Assembly (NCBI GenBank): GCA_963768855.1
Contig: CAVYJM010000010.1
Coordinates: forward strand, 128,001-192,000
Length of the DNA stretch: 64,000 bases
Direction: 5' to 3'
Origin: an uncultured Thermoplasmata archaeon
GTDB taxonomy: Archaea > Thermoplasmatota > Thermoplasmata > RBG-16-68-12
Below are positions 49,392-58,955 of the stretch, piece by piece. The notes beneath the pieces are model-generated. The model was not told the origin of the DNA. It saw nothing but the letters and a program-made list of their open reading frames with translations, and did no database searches. The stretch's first letter is position 1. Every line of letters starts with the position of its first letter. Both the position numbers and the translations under genes were made by a program.

Positions 49392-50729
49392 GTGGCCGAC
49401 GACGATCCGAAGACAGCGGTCCTGGAGACGGCGAAGCGGGAGAAAGTCCAGTTCATCCAGATTATGTTCATGGACCTCGTCGGCTTCGTGAAGACGGTCA
49501 CGATCCCCGTCTCGAAGCTCGAACGCTCGTTCGACGAGGGCGTCGTCTTCGACGGCTCCTCGGTCGTGGGCTACGCGACGATCGAGGAGAGCGACATGCG
49601 GGCCCATCCGGTCGCCGAGACGTTCCACGTGTTCCCGTGGACGAACGGGGATCTCAAGTCCGCGGGCATCGTGTGCAACATCTACGACTCGAAGGGGAAC
49701 CGGTTCGCGGGCGACCCGCGGTACGTCCTCGAGCGGATCATCAAGCGCGCGCGGGAGCTCGGCTACGTACCCCACACGGGGCCCGAGTACGAGTTCTTCC
49801 TGTTCAAGCTCGGTGCGGACGGCCGGCCGACGAACGTGCCGAGCGACAACGGCCGCTACTTCGAGCACCTGCCCGTCGACGCGGGGGAGCGGGTCCGGAA
49901 GCAGTCCGCGTTCTACGGGAACGCGATGGGCTTCGACGTCGAGGCGACCCACCATGAGGTCGCGCCGGGCCAGCACGAGCTCGACCTCCGCTATGCGGAC
50001 GCGATGGCGTCCGCCGACCGGGTGCTGTTCCTCAAGCACCTGATCCGGACCGTGGCGATGGAGAACGGCCTCCATGCGACGTTCATGCCCAAGCCCATCT
50101 TCGGCGTGAACGGCACAGGGATGCACGTCCACCAGAGCCTGATCACCCCGGGCGGCGAGAACGCCTTCTTCGACCCCACCGCCAAGTGGGAGATGTCGGA
50201 CCTCATGCTGCACTACCTCGCGGGGATCCTGGCCCACGCGCGCGAGAACTGCGCCGTCCTCGCGTCCTGGGTGAACAGCTACAAGCGGCTCGTCCCCGGC
50301 TACGAGGCGCCCGTCTACATCTCCTGGGCGAACAAGAACCGCTCCGCGATGGTGCGGATCCCCCAGGGCCGCGGCATGCGGACGCGGATGGAGGTTCGGA
50401 ATCCCGATTGCGCGGGGAACCCATACCTCCAGTACTCGGTCATGATCGCCGCGGGCCTCGCCGGCATTGCGAAGAAGCTCGACCCGCCGGAGCCCGTCGA
50501 GACGGACATCTACGCGCTCACGGCGGCGGAGCGGCGGAAGATCGGGATCGGCTCCCTGCCCGGCAGCCTGGAGGAGGCGCTCGACGAGTTCGAGAAGTCG
50601 GAGCTGATGCGGGAGACCCTCGGCTCCCACGTCTTCCCCCACTGGCTGTACATCAAGCGGAAGGAATGGGACGACTACCGCGTCCACGTGACGGACTACG
50701 AGCTCGAGAAGTACCTGCCCATCCTCTGA
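49392..50729 (+). CDS. glnA: Second glutamine synthetase type I (shorter, GSI-alpha-like)
   Basis: FDGSSVVGY, HHEVAPGQHE, PKPIFGVNGTGMH, PGYEAP, NRSAMVRIP; true start GTG 49392. Confidence 0.93.
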   Translation: MADDDPKTAVLETAKREKVQFIQIMFMDLVGFVKTVTIPVSKLERSFDEGVVFDGSSVVGYATIEESDMRAHPVAETFHVFPWTNGDLKSAGIVCNIYDSKGNRFAGDPRYVLERIIKRARELGYVPHTGPEYEFFLFKLGADGRPTNVPSDNGRYFEHLPVDAGERVRKQSAFYGNAMGFDVEATHHEVAPGQHELDLRYADAMASADRVLFLKHLIRTVAMENGLHATFMPKPIFGVNGTGMHVHQSLITPGGENAFFDPTAKWEMSDLMLHYLAGILAHARENCAVLASWVNSYKRLVPGYEAPVYISWANKNRSAMVRIPQGRGMRTRMEVRNPDCAGNPYLQYSVMIAAGLAGIAKKLDPPEPVETDIYALTAAERRKIGIGSLPGSLEEALDEFEKSELMRETLGSHVFPHWLYIKRKEWDDYRVHVTDYELEKYLPIL

Positions 50730-50778
50730 CCCGCCATCGGGTTTAAGTGAGAGGGCCGCTGTGGCCTCCGCGAGCACC

Positions 50779-51156
50779 ATGGCGGAACCCCGCGACGACG
50801 TCAGCGAGGAGCGACAAATCCTGAAGGAAGCGAAGGTCCTCGACGACAAGCTCGTCGACCAGATGGACCTGTACCCCGGGGACCGCGTGCGCTTCCGGTT
50901 CTACCATCCCCAGGAAGGCTTCGAGGAGATTGTCGGGCATTTCCTTGGCTTCTACACGCTCTACGAGGGCCCGGAGGGCGGCGGGGACCTGAACCTGCAG
51001 ATTCGAACCGTGAAGAACGGTCGTGCCACGGTCGTCTGCAAGGACCGCAACTACCTGGAGGAGTGGGAGATCCTCGAGCCGAACCTCGAGGTCCGCGAGC
51101 GGATCCGCGATCTCGACTCTCGCGCCGGACGTCACATCGGGCACGAGTTCGGGTGA
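50779..51156 (+). CDS. Hypothetical acidic protein
   Basis: Coding-like codon use; TTTAAG promoter at 50743. Confidence 0.7.
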   Translation: MAEPRDDVSEERQILKEAKVLDDKLVDQMDLYPGDRVRFRFYHPQEGFEEIVGHFLGFYTLYEGPEGGGDLNLQIRTVKNGRATVVCKDRNYLEEWEILEPNLEVRERIRDLDSRAGRHIGHEFG

Positions 51157-51163
51157 GCCGCGC

Positions 51164-52045
51164 TCAGTAGGTGTCGACCCCGCGGGCGAGGTCCTGCAGG
51201 CGCCGGATGCGCTCCTCGATGGGCGGGTGCGTCCGGAAGATCCGTGTCAGGGTCGTCGCGCTGAACGGGTTCACGATGAAGAGGCCCTGGGACGCCGGGC
51301 TGCCGAACAGGAGCGGGCGCCGCTTGTTCGCGGCCTCGAGCTTCTGGAGCGCCGAGGCGAGGGCCAGGGGCTGTCCGATCGTCTTCGCGCCGGAGTAGTC
51401 CGCCTTCGTCTCCCGGCTGCGCGAGATGGCGAGCTGGACAAGGAGCGCCGCGATGGGAGCGAGGATCATCCCGAGGACCGCGATGATCATCGTGCCCTCC
51501 GAGGAGTTCCGGTTGCGGCCCCCGCCGAGCATCGTGTTCCACATGGCCATCTGGGCCAGGTAGGAGATCGCACCCGCGATCGTGGCGGCGACCGCCATGA
51601 CGAGGATGTCGCGGTTCTTCACGTGCGAGATCTCGTGGGCAATCACGCCGCGCAGTTCATCCTCGGTCAGGATTCCCAGGATTCCCTGGGTCACGGCGAC
51701 CACGGAGTGGTTCGGGTTTCGGCCCGTGGCGAACGCGTTCGGCGTCTGGGACGGGACGACGGCCACCCTGGGCATCGGGAGGCTGGCCTTCTGCGAGACC
51801 TCCCGCACGATACGGAAGAGGTCGGGTGCCTGTTCCTCCGTGATCATCTTGGCCCGGTAGGACCACAGGACCATCCGGTCCGAGAGGAAGTAGCTGACGA
51901 TGTTGATGCCTGCCGCCATGATCAGGAACAGGATCACGCTCGTGACCGGGTCGCCGAAGAAGACGGAGCCGATGGCCCAGCCGAACAGGACGAAGACCCC
52001 GGTCAGGGTCGCGAAGAGGACGAAGAGGCGGATGCGTGCTCCCAT
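51164..52045 (-). CDS. htpX: Zinc metalloprotease HtpX
   Basis: PNAFATGR, HEISH, ISRSRE, THPP. Confidence 0.95.
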   Translation of the reverse strand: MGARIRLFVLFATLTGVFVLFGWAIGSVFFGDPVTSVILFLIMAAGINIVSYFLSDRMVLWSYRAKMITEEQAPDLFRIVREVSQKASLPMPRVAVVPSQTPNAFATGRNPNHSVVAVTQGILGILTEDELRGVIAHEISHVKNRDILVMAVAATIAGAISYLAQMAMWNTMLGGGRNRNSSEGTMIIAVLGMILAPIAALLVQLAISRSRETKADYSGAKTIGQPLALASALQKLEAANKRRPLLFGSPASQGLFIVNPFSATTLTRIFRTHPPIEERIRRLQDLARGVDTY

Positions 52046-52165
52046 GGATTCCACACCCCACAAGCGTTGGGAGCGTTTTCACGCATACGTCCCTTATCAA
52101 CTTAGCGTAACGGCCTCGGGTACGCCCCCACAAACGTCATATCCTGCTTCCCGGGGACGGCGGGC

Positions 52166-53461
52166 TCACAGGTGGAGGACGTCCGAATAACCCTCCATGT
52201 CCATGAATCCATGGCCGCTGATGTTGAACGCGATGACCTTGGCCTCGCCGGTCTCCTTGCACTTCACCGCCTCGTCCATCGCGCAGGCGATGCTGTAGGC
52301 GCTCTCCGGCGCGGGGAGGAATCCTTCCGTCTGGACGAACGTGCGGGCGCGCTCGAAGACATGCTTCTCGTCCGCGGGATACGCGACCGTGTCCAGGTAG
52401 CCGAGGTGGCGGAGCAACGAGAGGATCGGCGCGGCGCCGTGGTACCGCAGCCCGTCGCCGCGGATCGGATGCATCTCCGCGTGGTGGCCGAGCGTGTACA
52501 TCTTCAGGAGCGGCGTGATTTCCGCGTGATCGGCGAAGTCGTACCGGTACTCGCCCTGGAGGTTCGGGGCGGCCTCGCTCTGCGCGGCGATGAACTTGAT
52601 TTGCCTGCCGTGGATCGCGTCCGCGAAGAAGGGCAGGGTGAAGCCGCCGAAGTTCGAGCCGCCGCCCAGGCAGGAGACCATGACGTCCGGGTACTCCCCG
52701 AACCGCTCGAACTGCCGCTTCGTCTCGAGCCCGATGACGGTCTGATGGAGCAACACGTGGTTCAGGACGGAGCCGAGGCAGTAGATCGCCTTGTCGTCGC
52801 CACGCGCGTCCTCGAGTCCTTCGGAAACGGCAATGCCGAGCGAGCCTGGGTGATTCGGATTCTTCTTGAGGAGCTCACGGCCCGTCTCCGTGTGATTGCT
52901 CGGGGATGCGTAGACCTCCGCGCCGTAGAGTTTCATGAAGGCCCGCCGCTGGGACTTCCAGTCGTGGACCGCGCGGACCCAGTAGATCGTCGTCTTGAGC
53001 CCCGCGAGGCTCGCGGCGTACGCGAGGGCGGTCCCCCACTGGCCCGCCCCCGTTTCGGTCGTTAGCCGCTCGTACCCCTCCTTCTTCGCGTAGAAGGCCT
53101 GGGCGAGGGCCGTGTTCACCTTGTGGCTTCCCGTCGGGCTGTAGAACTCCGCCTTGTAGTACAGGTGCGCGGGCGTCCCGAGTTTCTGTTCGAGGCGGAG
53201 GGCCCGGAACAGCGGGCGCGGCCGGCCCGCTTGTGCGTATAGGTCCTGGATCTCCTGTGGGATGTCGATCCAGCGCTCCGTCGAGCTCTCCTGGCGCAGG
53301 CACTCGCCGAGGAGCAGCTCCGGGAGCATCTTCACCCGGGACGGGCCTTCCTCGGGATCCTTCGGCGGGGGCAGCGGCTCAGGCAGATCGGCTTGGATGT
53401 TGTACCATTTCGTGGGACGGTCATCGTCAGGAAGAGTCACGACCAAAGAATCCGAATGCAC
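52166..53461 (-). CDS. trpB2: Tryptophan synthase beta chain 2 (TrpB2)
   Basis: PTKWYNI, SPTGSHK, TETGAGQWG, GGGSNF, GLRYHG; start uncertain. Confidence 0.92.
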   Translation of the reverse strand: MHSDSLVVTLPDDDRPTKWYNIQADLPEPLPPPKDPEEGPSRVKMLPELLLGECLRQESSTERWIDIPQEIQDLYAQAGRPRPLFRALRLEQKLGTPAHLYYKAEFYSPTGSHKVNTALAQAFYAKKEGYERLTTETGAGQWGTALAYAASLAGLKTTIYWVRAVHDWKSQRRAFMKLYGAEVYASPSNHTETGRELLKKNPNHPGSLGIAVSEGLEDARGDDKAIYCLGSVLNHVLLHQTVIGLETKRQFERFGEYPDVMVSCLGGGSNFGGFTLPFFADAIHGRQIKFIAAQSEAAPNLQGEYRYDFADHAEITPLLKMYTLGHHAEMHPIRGDGLRYHGAAPILSLLRHLGYLDTVAYPADEKHVFERARTFVQTEGFLPAPESAYSIACAMDEAVKCKETGEAKVIAFNISGHGFMDMEGYSDVLHL

Positions 53462-53567
53462 CCTCACACCCCGCAGAAGCCCTCTCGGAGGGTATGTCCG
53501 AAAAGCGGCATTAGCGTTTCCCCGCCTCCCGATGCAGAAGTGTGGCACGGGGCCCAACAACGGGCCC

Positions 53568-55448
53568 TCAGGGCGTGAGGCCGACGGCCTCGATGATCTC
53601 GACGCTTCCTGGCGGGAGGACGCGGACGATCTCTTCAATCGGGACCTCGAAGGCCGCCGCAAGGCGCTTCGCGACGCGCTCGCGGTCCTCCTTCCCGGGT
53701 GTGAGCACGACGTACCTCGCAGACCGCGGCGTCACGGCGGAGACGGGGCCGCCCATGATCTTCCGGTGGCCCTCGATCTCGACCTCCCCGACGGCCATGC
53801 GCACCGCGAGGTCGTGGAGGTAGTTGCGTTTCCCGCGGATGACGAACGCCCCGCGCGGCAGGAACTCCCCGGACTCGGCCTGCTTTGAGACCTGCTCAGG
53901 CAGGACCCAGTATGCGCTGCCGCTCGCGATCCCCGCGGACCACGCCTTGCTGTACACGAGCGCGAACTCGCAGGCTTCCCGCAGCGTGGCCTCGCCCGCT
54001 TTCGACCCCTCCTTGACCACGGTCGAGGGCGCCCCGTGGAGGTCCGCGTGGGCGTACCGGTCTCCGTCCTTGAGGTGCTTCTTCACGAGCTGGTCGTTCG
54101 TCCGCGCGTCCCGGCCGCCCAGGATGAGGAAGTTCTCCGAGGACATCGTCCAGCGGTAGGCGTCGAACCACATCGCCCTCGTTCCCTTGAGTCGGGGCTT
54201 CTTCGCGACCTTCACGGCCTTCTTGCGCGCGGTCTCCAGTTCCTTCCGCGTCGCCTCGATGGCCTCCTCCACGCGTTGCGCCTTGAGTTGCGCCTCCCGC
54301 CTCCGGTCGTAGAGGGCCTGCGCGTTCGCGGTCACGTCCTTGTCGTAGTTCAGCTCGAGGGCGTCGAAGTCCCCGATTGCCACGGTCACCGTGTGCGCCT
54401 TGCGGTCCACCGCCTTGATTTGGCCCTCGCCGGGCGGCTCCTTCCCCTCGCGGGCCGCCTTCAGGAGTTCGTCGAACTCGGCGTAGTGGCCGTAGAGGAA
54501 GAGCGCCTGCGCTTCGTGGCGGACGATCTCGTCGCGGAGGGCTTTCAGCGTCTCTTCCTGCTGCGCGATCCGTCGCTCGAACTTCGCGGCGACCTCGTCT
54601 GGTGCAGCGGCCTCGGGCTCCGCGACGCTCAGGTAGCGGGAGAGGGCGGCGTTGAAGGTCGGGAACTCCTCCCGGTCCGCCTGCGCGTATTGAAGGAGTT
54701 CGATCGGGGTCGCGTCGACCGCCTTGCCTTCCCTGGAGATGAGGGCCGGTCGCCGCTCCTGCTCGATCGCGACGACGACGTTGTTGAGGGCGGTGTAGAG
54801 CGCGTCGATCTGGGCTTCGGCAAGGTCGCGGACCTTCGCGTCCTTGTCCAGGCCCGCGCGGAGGCACAGCTCCTCCGCATACTGACCGCCGAGGTTCAGG
54901 ATGCTCGCGAGGACACGCACGATTTGTCCCTTCGCCCCACGGATCGCAGCCCCGAACGCCTCCCGGTCCACTTCGAGCGGATCGATGCCGCCGGAAGGGA
55001 AGGCGTACGGCTCGCCCACGCGGACCGCCCGGTCCTTGTAGTTCTGCGAGGTCAGGCACGCCACGGTCACGTCGCCGCGCACGATAATCAGGTTGCCCTT
55101 CCCGAAGAGCTCGAAGATGACGCGGAGCGTCTCCCCGCCGCGGTCCACCGTGATGATCGCGATGCGGTCGAACCCCCGTTGCTCCACCGCGGTGACCCGC
55201 GCATTGTCAAGGAGCCGGCGGAGCGTCTGCGCGAAGGCCGGCGGGGTCTCGGGCTTGTCCTCGACCTCGTGCACGCAGAGCCACTGCCCCGACTTGGAGT
55301 AGAGTTCGACCCGCTCCCGCCCGGGGACGTTGATCCGGAAGATGATCTCGTCCTGCCTCTGGTAGGCCTTGTCGACGTACCCGCCGACGAGGTCCTGCCA
55401 CTCCGCCACGAGGGCCTTGAGATCGAACGAGGAGAGGGCGGTCTTCAT
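53568..55448 (-). CDS. rqc2: Rqc2/NEMF (NFACT) ribosome quality-control factor
   Basis: FELFGKGN, LNLGGQYAEE, GGRDARTN, HADLHGAP, FVIRGKRNY. Confidence 0.93.
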   Translation of the reverse strand: MKTALSSFDLKALVAEWQDLVGGYVDKAYQRQDEIIFRINVPGRERVELYSKSGQWLCVHEVEDKPETPPAFAQTLRRLLDNARVTAVEQRGFDRIAIITVDRGGETLRVIFELFGKGNLIIVRGDVTVACLTSQNYKDRAVRVGEPYAFPSGGIDPLEVDREAFGAAIRGAKGQIVRVLASILNLGGQYAEELCLRAGLDKDAKVRDLAEAQIDALYTALNNVVVAIEQERRPALISREGKAVDATPIELLQYAQADREEFPTFNAALSRYLSVAEPEAAAPDEVAAKFERRIAQQEETLKALRDEIVRHEAQALFLYGHYAEFDELLKAAREGKEPPGEGQIKAVDRKAHTVTVAIGDFDALELNYDKDVTANAQALYDRRREAQLKAQRVEEAIEATRKELETARKKAVKVAKKPRLKGTRAMWFDAYRWTMSSENFLILGGRDARTNDQLVKKHLKDGDRYAHADLHGAPSTVVKEGSKAGEATLREACEFALVYSKAWSAGIASGSAYWVLPEQVSKQAESGEFLPRGAFVIRGKRNYLHDLAVRMAVGEVEIEGHRKIMGGPVSAVTPRSARYVVLTPGKEDRERVAKRLAAAFEVPIEEIVRVLPPGSVEIIEAVGLTP

Positions 55449-55553
55449 CCGGAGCCACCGAAGGAGGCGGCATTACTTGACCATTCCTCCCGCTACATGG
55501 CATTTATACGCGGGAGGGGTTCTCCGCTCCGGGTCCAGGACCGGTGAAAGACG

Positions 55554-56420
55554 ATGGGAGCGTCCTACGGCTGCCAGAGCATGGTCGACCCGCTCCGCCG
55601 TGTCCTCGTCCGACGTCCGGACGCTTCCTTCGCGGTCGAGGACCCGCGCGCCTGGCACTACACGGGACGCCCGGACCTGGGGGTCGCCCGGGCGGAGCAC
55701 GACGCATTCGTCGGCATCCTCCGCGACGCGGGCGTCGAGGTCGTGTATCACGACGCCCCGCAGCCCGGGCGCGCGGACGCGGTCTTCGTCCATGATCCCG
55801 CGATCGTCACGGATCGCGGCGCGATCCTGCTTCGCATGGGCAAGCGGCTCCGCGAGGGGGAGGAGATCGCGATCGGGCAGCGGTTCGAGGAGGCGGGCGT
55901 GCCGATCCTCTGCCGCCTGCAAGGCGAAGCGCGGGCGGAGGGCGGGGACCTGGTGTGGATCGACCACGACACCCTGGCGGTGGGTCAAGGGTTCCGCACG
56001 AACGCGGAGGGTCATCGGCAGATTCGGGAGGCGGTCGAGCCGCTGGGAGTCCGGACGGTGTCCGCTGATCTGCCGTACGGCCAGGGACGCGACGCCTGCC
56101 TCCATCTGATGTCTCTGATCAGCCTGGTGCGACCGAACCTCGCCGTCATCTACGAGCCGCTCCTCCCCGTCCCGCTCCACGAGTTCCTGGCGGAACTTGG
56201 CGTGCGCTTCGTGACTGTCCCCGACGAGGAGTTCCACACGATGGGCTGCAACGTCCTCGCCCTCGCTCCGGGGGAATGCGTGATGCTCGAGGGGAACCCC
56301 GTGACGAGGGCGCGCCTCGAGAAGGCGGGTTGCCGGGTGCGCACGTATCGCGGGAATGAGGTTTCGCTCAAGGCCGAAGGGGGCCCGACCTGCCTCACGC
56401 GGCCGATCCTCCGGCGGTAG
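55554..56420 (+). CDS. Amidinotransferase/DDAH/arginine-deiminase superfamily enzyme
   Basis: DAVFVHD, EGGD, LHL, GGPTCLT (catalytic Cys). Confidence 0.9.
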   Translation: MGASYGCQSMVDPLRRVLVRRPDASFAVEDPRAWHYTGRPDLGVARAEHDAFVGILRDAGVEVVYHDAPQPGRADAVFVHDPAIVTDRGAILLRMGKRLREGEEIAIGQRFEEAGVPILCRLQGEARAEGGDLVWIDHDTLAVGQGFRTNAEGHRQIREAVEPLGVRTVSADLPYGQGRDACLHLMSLISLVRPNLAVIYEPLLPVPLHEFLAELGVRFVTVPDEEFHTMGCNVLALAPGECVMLEGNPVTRARLEKAGCRVRTYRGNEVSLKAEGGPTCLTRPILRR

Positions 56421-56430
56421 GGAGCCGAGC

Positions 56431-57690
56431 ATGCGCGACGAGGAGCGACGCGTTCTCGATTCGATCGACATGGACTCGCTGGTCGCCTTGGTCCGCGAGC
56501 TGATCGCCATCCCGAGCCTCGGCGGGCAGGAGCGCGCGGCCCAGGACCACGTGGCCGCGGCGATGCGCCGCATCGGGCTCGAGGTGGACGTCTGGGATCT
56601 CGACCTCCCGACGCTCCGGTCCCACCCCTTGTTCAACATGGAGGTCGAGCGGACGGAGGGACGCGGCGTCGTCGGCACCCTGCGCGGCCAGGGCGGCGGG
56701 AAGGCCTTGATCCTGAACGGCCACGTCGACGTGGTGCCTCCGGGGGATCCCGCGAACTGGCACGCCCCGCCCTGGGAAGGGACGGTCCGGGATGGCCGGA
56801 TCTACGGCCGCGGCTCGGTCGATATGAAGGGCGGTCTCGCGTGCGCGCTCTTCGCCGCGAAAGCAATCCGCGAGTCGGGCGTACGCCTTGCAGGTTCCCT
56901 GTTCGTGGAGAGCGTGATCGGCGAGGAGGACGGCGGGGTCGGGACCCTCGCCGCATGCCTCCGGGGGTACCATGCGGACGGCGCGGTCGTCGTCGAGCCG
57001 ACAGAACTCAAGGTCGCGCCGTCGCAGGCCGGCGCCCTCACCTTCCGCATCACGGTCCCGGGTCTTTCCGCACACGCGTGCGTGCGCGAAGAAGGCGTGA
57101 GCGCGGTCGAGAAATTCCTCCCGGTCCACGCTGCCCTCATGGACCTGGAGCGGGAGAGGAACCGCGACATCCCGGATCCGCTCTTCCGCCGCTACCGGCT
57201 CCCGTTCGCTCTGAGCTTCGGACGCCTCGAGGCGGGGAATTGGTCCTCTTCCGTGCCGGAGAGCCTGGTCGTCGAGGGACGCTATGGCGTCGCGGTGGGC
57301 GAAGACCCCGAGGATGCCCGGCGGAGCTTCGAAAACGCGGTCCAGCGGGCGGCCGTCGCCGACCCTTGGCTGCGCGAACATCCACCCCGGATCGAGTGGT
57401 GGGGCGGCCAGTTCCATCCCGCGTCCATCCCGGCCGATCACCCGCTGCCGCAGACCTTGGGCCAGTCGTTCGCGGAGGTGAGCGGTTCCCCGGCGGTCCT
57501 CGAGGGAATGACCTACGGCTCGGACATGCGGCTCCTCGTCCACGCGGGGAAGACGCCCGCCCTCCTTTTCGGCCCCGGGGACGTGAGGCAGGCCCACCGG
57601 CCCGATGAATCCGTGGCCCTTTCCGACCTGCGGACCACCGTGCGTACGCTCGCGCTGACCGCTCTCCGGTTCTGCGGGACAGAGGGCTGA
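56431..57690 (+). CDS. M20 ArgE/DapE-family deacylase
   Basis: LNGHVDVVP, GRGSVDMKGG, GEEDGGVG, AH..DE. Confidence 0.92.
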   Translation: MRDEERRVLDSIDMDSLVALVRELIAIPSLGGQERAAQDHVAAAMRRIGLEVDVWDLDLPTLRSHPLFNMEVERTEGRGVVGTLRGQGGGKALILNGHVDVVPPGDPANWHAPPWEGTVRDGRIYGRGSVDMKGGLACALFAAKAIRESGVRLAGSLFVESVIGEEDGGVGTLAACLRGYHADGAVVVEPTELKVAPSQAGALTFRITVPGLSAHACVREEGVSAVEKFLPVHAALMDLERERNRDIPDPLFRRYRLPFALSFGRLEAGNWSSSVPESLVVEGRYGVAVGEDPEDARRSFENAVQRAAVADPWLREHPPRIEWWGGQFHPASIPADHPLPQTLGQSFAEVSGSPAVLEGMTYGSDMRLLVHAGKTPALLFGPGDVRQAHRPDESVALSDLRTTVRTLALTALRFCGTEG

Positions 57691-57700
57691 GGCCTCCGGC

Positions 57701-58216
57701 TCACCAGCGCTCCCAGTGAAGGACCTCGTCCAGCGGCAGCCGCTCCGGAGGCGCGGGTTCCTCGGCGGGCCAACCGAGCGCCACGAGGGTGACGGGCCGC
57801 GCGGCGCGGGGGATTCCCAGGATCCCGCGGACCTCGTCCTCGTCGAAGGAGCCCATCCACACCGCTCCGAGGCCGCGTTCGTGGGCTGCGAGCAGGAGGT
57901 TCTCGGTGGCCGCAGCCGCATCCTGGACCGAGTACAGGTCGCGGCCCCGCGCGCCGTACTTTGCGATCCGGGACGAGTTCGTACAGACCGCGACGACGAC
58001 CGGAGCCTGGGCCAGCTCGACCTGGTCGGCGGCGCGGGCGAGCGCTTCACGCCGCGTCTGGTCGCGGACCACGATGAAGTCCCGGGCCTGCAGGTTTCCC
58101 GCGGAAGGAGCCCAGTTCGCGAGTTCGCCGAGTTCGCGGAGGAGTGATTCCGGAACGGGCTCAGGCCGGAACGCCCGGACGCTGCGGCGCGAGCGGATGG
58201 CTGAAGCGAGATCCAT
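57701..58216 (-). CDS. Nitroreductase family protein
   Basis: IRSRRSVRAF, APSAGNLQ, GLGAVWMG. Confidence 0.93.
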   Translation of the reverse strand: MDLASAIRSRRSVRAFRPEPVPESLLRELGELANWAPSAGNLQARDFIVVRDQTRREALARAADQVELAQAPVVVAVCTNSSRIAKYGARGRDLYSVQDAAAATENLLLAAHERGLGAVWMGSFDEDEVRGILGIPRAARPVTLVALGWPAEEPAPPERLPLDEVLHWERW

Positions 58217-58346
58217 GGAATGCGGCAGGGAGGGCACGATGTTTCAACCTGAGGAAACGGTTGTATCGACCGAGCCGCATCGGACTGCCGGGGCGCGGGT
58301 TTCACCGATAGGCCTAAGTAACGCGCGCCGTTAGGCCGGATTCGCT

Positions 58347-58418
58347 GCCGCAGTGGCTTAGGGGTAGAGCGGCGCCTTGGTAAGGCGCAGGTCGGGGGTT
58401 CAATTCCCCCCTGCGGCT
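58347..58418 (+). tRNA. tRNA-Thr(GGT)
   Basis: GCCGCAG/CTGCGGC acceptor stem, GCGCC-TT-GGT-AA-GGCGC anticodon arm, GGGGG-TTCAATT-CCCCC T-arm. Confidence 0.96.
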
Positions 58419-58445
58419 CTCCTCACCTCGTCCGGGGAACTCGGT

Positions 58446-58691
58446 CTACTTCTTCTCTCCCTCTTCTTCCAGCTTCTTCCCCGCCTTCTTGGCGAGGGTT
58501 CCGACGCCGGACAGGGCCTTCCCACCGATCTTGAGGGCGCCTTTTCCGACCTTCTTCCCGACGTCCACGGTCGCCTCCCCCGCCCGCTCCGCGACGTCGC
58601 CCGTCTTCGTCATGAGCCCGACAGTCTGCCCGCAGCTCGGGCATGTAGCCGCGCCTTGCGGCAGCTCCGCCCCGCAGTGTTCGCAGTTCAT
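58446..58691 (-). CDS. Zinc ribbon plus four 11-mer amphipathic repeats
   Basis: CEHC..CPSC, then TGDVAERAGEA/TVDVGKKVGKG/ALKIGGKALSG/VGTLAKKAGKK; GGGGAG SD. Confidence 0.8.
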   Translation of the reverse strand: MNCEHCGAELPQGAATCPSCGQTVGLMTKTGDVAERAGEATVDVGKKVGKGALKIGGKALSGVGTLAKKAGKKLEEEGEKK

Positions 58692-58955
58692 GGTACTCCC
58701 CAAAAGGGAATCGACCTCGCACTAGCTAACGTTCCTTTGTTCGCTCTTGCCACGTAATCGGGCGCGGCCGAAGCAAGGCTTGAACGGTAGCGCAGGTACC
58801 CTGCGGCTTGGAAATCTTCTCCATCGGGCCCGTGGCCGGTGGCTCGCGACACCGCGCGACCGACCATTCCTTTGGTCCCCCGTCCCGGCGGCCTGGTGAC
58901 GCTCCGTCTCCTTGTTGGCGAACCATGCGAACGGGAGGTTCAGGTTGCCGGGTGT

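Noticed and set aside
47946-50729. 927-aa ORF suggesting a long N-terminal fusion to GlnA
   Set aside because: The first 482 codons are an off-frame shadow of the membrane gene; glnA2 has its own TATA box (49346) and GTG start at 49392
58726-58926. 66-aa ORF between the 11-mer gene and the adhesin
   Set aside because: No SD or motif, and the composition is unlike coding genes
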